From NCBI GenBank assembly GCA_964016885.1, contig CAXHJY010001523.1:1-28937 (forward strand): a stretch of 28,937 nt of DNA, read 5' to 3'. Shown here piece by piece: positions 24,511 to 28,937 of the stretch (position 1 is its first letter; each line of letters begins with the position of its first letter). A program made the position numbers and the translations under genes. The notes under the pieces were generated by a model. It was given only the letters and a program-made list of their open reading frames with translations. It did not search any database and was not told the DNA's origin. Origin of the DNA: Eledone cirrhosa (Eukaryota).

Positions 24511-24819
24511 GTTGCATGTCTTAAAAGTAAGTTTTGTATTTTTTTTAGTTTTAAGGCCCATTTCATATCTTTTTTTGCCCCCCCCCTCCTCCCTATCTCC
24601 TCCTCCTCTCCCTATTACCATTCCACTGTCATCTTCAGTTTTTTTATTTTAATGAACTCTTCAGATGTTAATGAGAAAACTTTCATTAACACCAATACGG
24701 TTGATAATGTTGCTGCAACTGTTGTTGCTGTCGGTGTGGAGGAGGAGGAGGTGGAATGTTGCTGATGATGGCGGTGGTGACGGAGGTGACTTGGCTATTT
24801 CTTGTAGCTTCTCTAATAA

Positions 24820-24880
24820 CTGTTTCTACTTTTTTGGCGCAAGGCCAGCAATTACTGGTACTTTATTTTATCGACCCCGT
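24820..24880 (-). mobile_element. SINE family 1, 3' fragment
   Basis: AAGGCCAGCAATT..CTGGTACTTTATTTTATCGACCCCG. Confidence 0.8.
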
Positions 24881-25137
24881 ATATATAATAACGGTATTTA
24901 AATATATTTATAACAAACAAAGTTCGACAAACTTCAGGAATGAATTTCATAAATTACAGTATTTATATAATTTAGTAAAAGAATATAAGTAAATATACAA
25001 AAAAAAATGAAGTTCATCTTGATTTATTCAAAAAGTGGAAAAAATATATGGATGCGTTTGAAATAAACATACCCTCATTTTATATTCAATGTAATGAAGT
25101 CATTATTTATTTGCTTTTAGTATTATGGAGTGAAAGA

Positions 25138-25352
25138 AGTTGGTAGATTGGTATTATCGGTAGAGCGCTGGACAACATGCTTCACGGCATAGAGTTACGG
25201 CCTTTTACGTTTTTAGTTCAAATCCGGACGAAGTTAGCTTTGCCTTTCATCATTAGGAAGTCGATAAATTAAGGTACCTGTAATGCACTGGGGTCGATTT
25301 AATCATCTTTTCCCTCCCCTGAAATTGTTGGCCTTATGTCTAAATCAGAAAC
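25138..25352 (+). mobile_element. SINE family 1, near full length
   Basis: Colinear with 23052-23267. Confidence 0.85.
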
Positions 25353-26050
25353 CAAAGAGTGAAGATAATCTCAATTCCCATAGAAAACTAAGTCAAAACT
25401 CATAAAACATTTTTCTGGGTTGGTGTCAAAGGGTAGCTCTACAGATTTTATTTGAAGTTTGTAATAACTGGATATTGCACCTAATCTTTTCTTCTTTAGA
25501 TAATTTCAAACCAATCAGAGGAAATTTTTATAAACTAATTTTGAACCCAACCATAATCATCTATGTTTAGAAATAGTAAAAAAAAACTAGAAAGAATCAT
25601 AATAAAAACCCTAGTAAAAGATAGTAAAAATATAATTAAAAATAGTAAAACAATAGCTTTTATTGAACAGTTGCCAATGGGAGTCATTTCGATAATTTAT
25701 TTTTCCAATTTGCTATATTTTTTTGAAATGTAATTAGTTTTCTGTCGCAGCGAGAATATCCTACCTTTATCCTACAAACTTCTGTTGACACTATTAAAGT
25801 GTGTAAATATCTCTGTTCAATATTATAGTCAAGAAATTCTCGTCGAATATTCACAGAAACGTCCGTGTTTTTCTCCTTAAAAATTACAAATAATACATTC
25901 CGGAGTTTGTTTTAAATTTATTCGAAATGTTCTTTTCAAATAAACGAGTGTTAATGGTTTATTTTTAATCCCATTAACTATTTCCACAACTTAATCTAAT
26001 GTGTTTTCATTCAATTGCAAATATTTGTAAAACGAGTCCCTCCATATGTA

Positions 26051-26120
26051 CGAAAGTCGGCTGCAAAGTTCATAGTCTGACCAAGATACTCTCATGGAAT
26101 GACCAAATGATGGATTTCAC
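26051..26120. mobile_element. Possible mariner-type terminal fragment
   Basis: TA|CGAAAGTCGGCTGCAAAGTTCATAG resembles mariner TIR starts; no partner TIR seen. Confidence 0.3.
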
Positions 26121-26139
26121 ATCTCTAGCATCACTCCTT

Positions 26140-26320
26140 TTTAAGACTAGCAATTTTGAGAGAATGGAAAGTTGATTAAATCGACCGCAGTGTATTACTG
26201 GTACGTTATTTTATCGACCCCGTAAGGATAAAAGGCAAAGTCAACTTTGGCGGGATTTGAACTCAAGGCAGTAACTCTATGCCACAAAGCAGGGTGCCTG
26301 ACGCTCTAACCAATTACTGC
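26140..26320 (-). mobile_element. SINE family 1
   Basis: CTGGTACGTTATTTTATCGACCCCGTAAGGATAAAAGGCAAAGTCAACTTTGGCGGGATTTGAACTC. Confidence 0.85.
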
Positions 26321-26838
26321 CCCAACTTCATTTGATCACAATGATAATACACTTGAGATTATTTTGATCTCAAACCAACGAATGTATTTCCTCAGTGTTC
26401 CCCGTTACCCGGGTTGAACTACATTCAACATTTATAAGCAATTATGAAAAGGAAATGAATTCAAATTCAGAACAATCTTTGAATTAAGAGAAGAACAATA
26501 ACATAAAACAAAACAAATATATTCTTGATGAAGATAAAGGAAGAATTATGTAAAAGTCTGCTATGATCAGGGAAAAAACAACAACAACAGGAAGAGCGGT
26601 GGGTGAGTCATTGCTGTTATCTTAGCTAAAGGAAGTCATACCAAGTTTAATTAAAATTCTCATTTTTTTAAATATAGAAAATCATTATACCTAAAAATAT
26701 TCGTTTGATTAAAAAAACATTGATAGTGGTAGTTCAATATCTTTCTATATTTCTAGTAACCAATTTACTTATTTATTGAATACATATAATTAATATATAT
26801 ATAAATGAAAAATGGCGTGCTGTGTTGTTGCAATTGTG

Positions 26839-27592
26839 ATATACAAATTAAAATGAAGAATTAGAAATAGAAGCCAGGACTATCCATCATCAGTGGTCTA
26901 CTAGCCATCATAGGTATTTCTTCGTATTAAAAACCAGATACCTCAGGATAGTGCGAACAATAACTAAAATAAGTTATTGGGATAAAAAGAATTGGGTGGA
27001 GAAAGAGAGACAGGTAAATAAACACGAATGGTGAGGCAACGTAAAGAGAGGAAAACATGAGAAAATCAAGTCAATGATTCATTTGAACATAAGAACTTGC
27101 GATGCTTTCCCCTTCGCTGTGACCTGTCCTTTTCTCTTCCCTTACTGCTATCCTCTTTCTCTCTCCCCCTTCTATCTCCTTCTCCCTCTTACTTTCACTC
27201 ACTCACTCACTCACTCACTCACTTCTACTCACCCTCTCTCTCACTTCCTCCATCGTCCCACACCGTGCGAAATTCTTTCCTCGCTTACTTTTCGCACGAT
27301 TAAGATAGGTCTTTCGTCTTCTCGTCAATATTAGCAAGTTCTTATGTTCAAATGAATCATTGACTTGATTTTCTCATGTTTTCCTCTCTTTACGTTGCCT
27401 CACCATTCGTGTTTATTTACTTGTCTCTCTTTCTCCACCCAATTCTTTTTATCCCAATAACTTATTTTAGTTATTGTTCGCACTATCCTGAGGTATCTGG
27501 TCTTTAATGCGAAGAAATACCTCTGATGGCTAGACCACTGATGATGGATAGTCCTGGCTTCTATTTCTAATTCTTTATTTTAATTTGTATAT
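26839..27592. mobile_element. Family H element with about 260-bp inverted arms
   Basis: Arms 26839-27100 and 27334-27592 differ by a few substitutions and a 3-nt indel; 233-bp pyrimidine-rich spacer; right end runs into (TA)n. Confidence 0.9.
27483..27551 (+). ncRNA. Candidate non-circularly permuted hammerhead ribozyme
   Basis: GAGGTAT-C-TGGTCT..GAA-ATACCTC..AGACCA-CTGATGA; helices I and III abut the core nucleotides exactly; helix II is not canonical. Confidence 0.5.
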
Positions 27593-27837
27593 ATATATAT
27601 ATAAAAGTATTGTAGATAACCTGGCGTAAGGAAATTCTAGAACTGAAAGCAGTGCTTCACCTATATATAGTCTAATCGACATGTTTACACTTATTTGATG
27701 TATCATAGTAAAATTTCAATTGTTTTTTTTTTTTCACACTTAAAAATATGATTTTATTATTTCCACGGCGCACATATCTACATTTCATAACACATGATTG
27801 TGGATGAACTGAGAAGGAAGCTGTCTTGTTGACTTAC

Positions 27838-28070
27838 CTGATGATGATGATGATGATGTCTGCAGATGTGATGTCGTTGATGGTAATAATAATGATGGAG
27901 GTGATGTTGATGGTAGACGTAGATGTGACTTTGGTGATGGTTGTGATAGTTATGGAGATGATGATGCTGATGATCATGGTGGTAGATGTGATGATGGTGG
28001 CAGTAGATGTGACAGCAGTAGATGTGATGGTGGTAGATGTGACAGCAGTAGATGTGATTGCTATAGGTGT
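27838..28070. repeat. Degenerate (GAT)n/(GGT)n low-complexity tract
   Basis: Direct reading. Confidence 0.85.
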
Positions 28071-28476
28071 GTAGGTAGTGAGAGTTAGGAAGATGATGAT
28101 GATATAGTAATAACCATAGTGATTCTTATAATAATGATAGGACTGATCGTGATGGTGACGAAGATAATAAGGATGATGAGTTTGACTGTAAATTCACAAT
28201 CAAGTTAGGAGAGATAACAAAGCTATAAGCTTAGAAGCAGTTGTTCGTAAACTTTCACTCTTACTGATTTTTAATTAAACGTTCACATATTCGGCAATGA
28301 AAAACTATTTTGTATTTAATTCCTTAGCGACTGTATGAAGCCTACTGAGCTTTGATTGGAAAGTCTCACTAATATGTTTTGTGTTCTAACATAGAAATAT
28401 TCCATATACGGAATAGTTTCTGTATTTATATCAATGTTGTCTTATCACTCTATGGAATAATATATTATTTTAGCAA

Positions 28477-28678
28477 GGACTGTGGATTGTATTGCTAGAG
28501 CGACACCCTGTTTTGCAGCATAGAGTTACGTCTCTTTATGTTCTGAGTTCTAATACCACTGAGGTTGCCTTTTATCCTTACGGGGTCGATAAAATAAAGT
28601 ATCAGTAATACACTGGGTCGATTCAATCGATTTTCCTCATCTCCCCAAATTGTTGGTCTTGTACCTAAATCATAAACC
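28477..28678 (+). mobile_element. SINE family 1 with 18-bp target-site duplication
   Basis: AATATATTA(T/C)TTTAGCAA at 28459-28476 and 28679-28696. Confidence 0.85.
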
Positions 28679-28737
28679 AATATATTACTTTAGCAATAAC
28701 ATCATACGGCAATGGATGGAATATTAATTTAATAACG

Positions 28738-28937
28738 TACTTAGGAAGCTACTGATCACCTGGGCAACATCTCTCACAGTTCCCACTTTAGATTCTAGTT
28801 CCGGTTAATTTTCTCCTCCCTTCCATGCACTCTTTTGTCAAAGAGGCAAGCTACATCTATAATCATGCAAGATCTTTTTTCCTTCTCAAAAACCATCAGG
28901 TCAGGCCTATTGTTCTAATTATTTATCTGTTTATATC
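28738..28937 (-). pseudogene. Decayed restriction-like endonuclease domain of an R4/Dong-like non-LTR retrotransposon
   Basis: 28911-28801 translates to NRPDLMVFEKEKRSCMIIDVACLFDKRVHGREEKINR (RPD..IID motif), followed by frameshifted NLKWEL. Confidence 0.75.

Noticed and set aside
23319-24524. 401-aa Ser/Leu/His ORF
   Set aside because: Pure CT/CA microsatellite
24762-24768. CTGATGA here and at about 27838 and 27967
   Set aside because: Chance matches inside (GAT)n low-complexity sequence
27490-27538. Alternative HDV-like ribozyme fold (7-bp P1 GAGGTAT/ATACCTC, GGCTAGA as J4/2)
   Set aside because: P2 is short, L3 lacks the usual C residues, there is an extra A before P1', and it leaves the conserved CTGATGA unexplained; a cut 5' of G27490 would revive it

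Overview
AT-rich, repeat-saturated animal DNA with no intact protein-coding gene. The dominant tRNA-derived SINE and dense (TA)n/(CA)n tracts look like an octopus-type cephalopod genome (inference). Almost all ORFs in the track are microsatellite artefacts. Supported features: about 15 SINE copies, a composite non-autonomous Helitron with a 23-aa-repeat ORF fragment, a decayed R4/Dong-like restriction-like endonuclease fragment, minisatellites, and a possible terminal exon. The main signal is a set of at least 7 largely unrelated short repeat families sitting in or beside microsatellites. Most carry hammerhead ribozyme (HHR) motifs and many are fold-back palindromes, as expected for Penelope-like element pseudo-LTR remnants. 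Two canonical type I HHRs look complete (12700-12766, 14545-14609), and one palindrome has two head-to-head cores (19272-19396). One family (27483-27551, inverted copy 26880-26951, diverged copy 22381-22430) has the HHR core strands in a non-circularly permuted, pseudoknotted order. All structures were read by eye; none is shown to be active.
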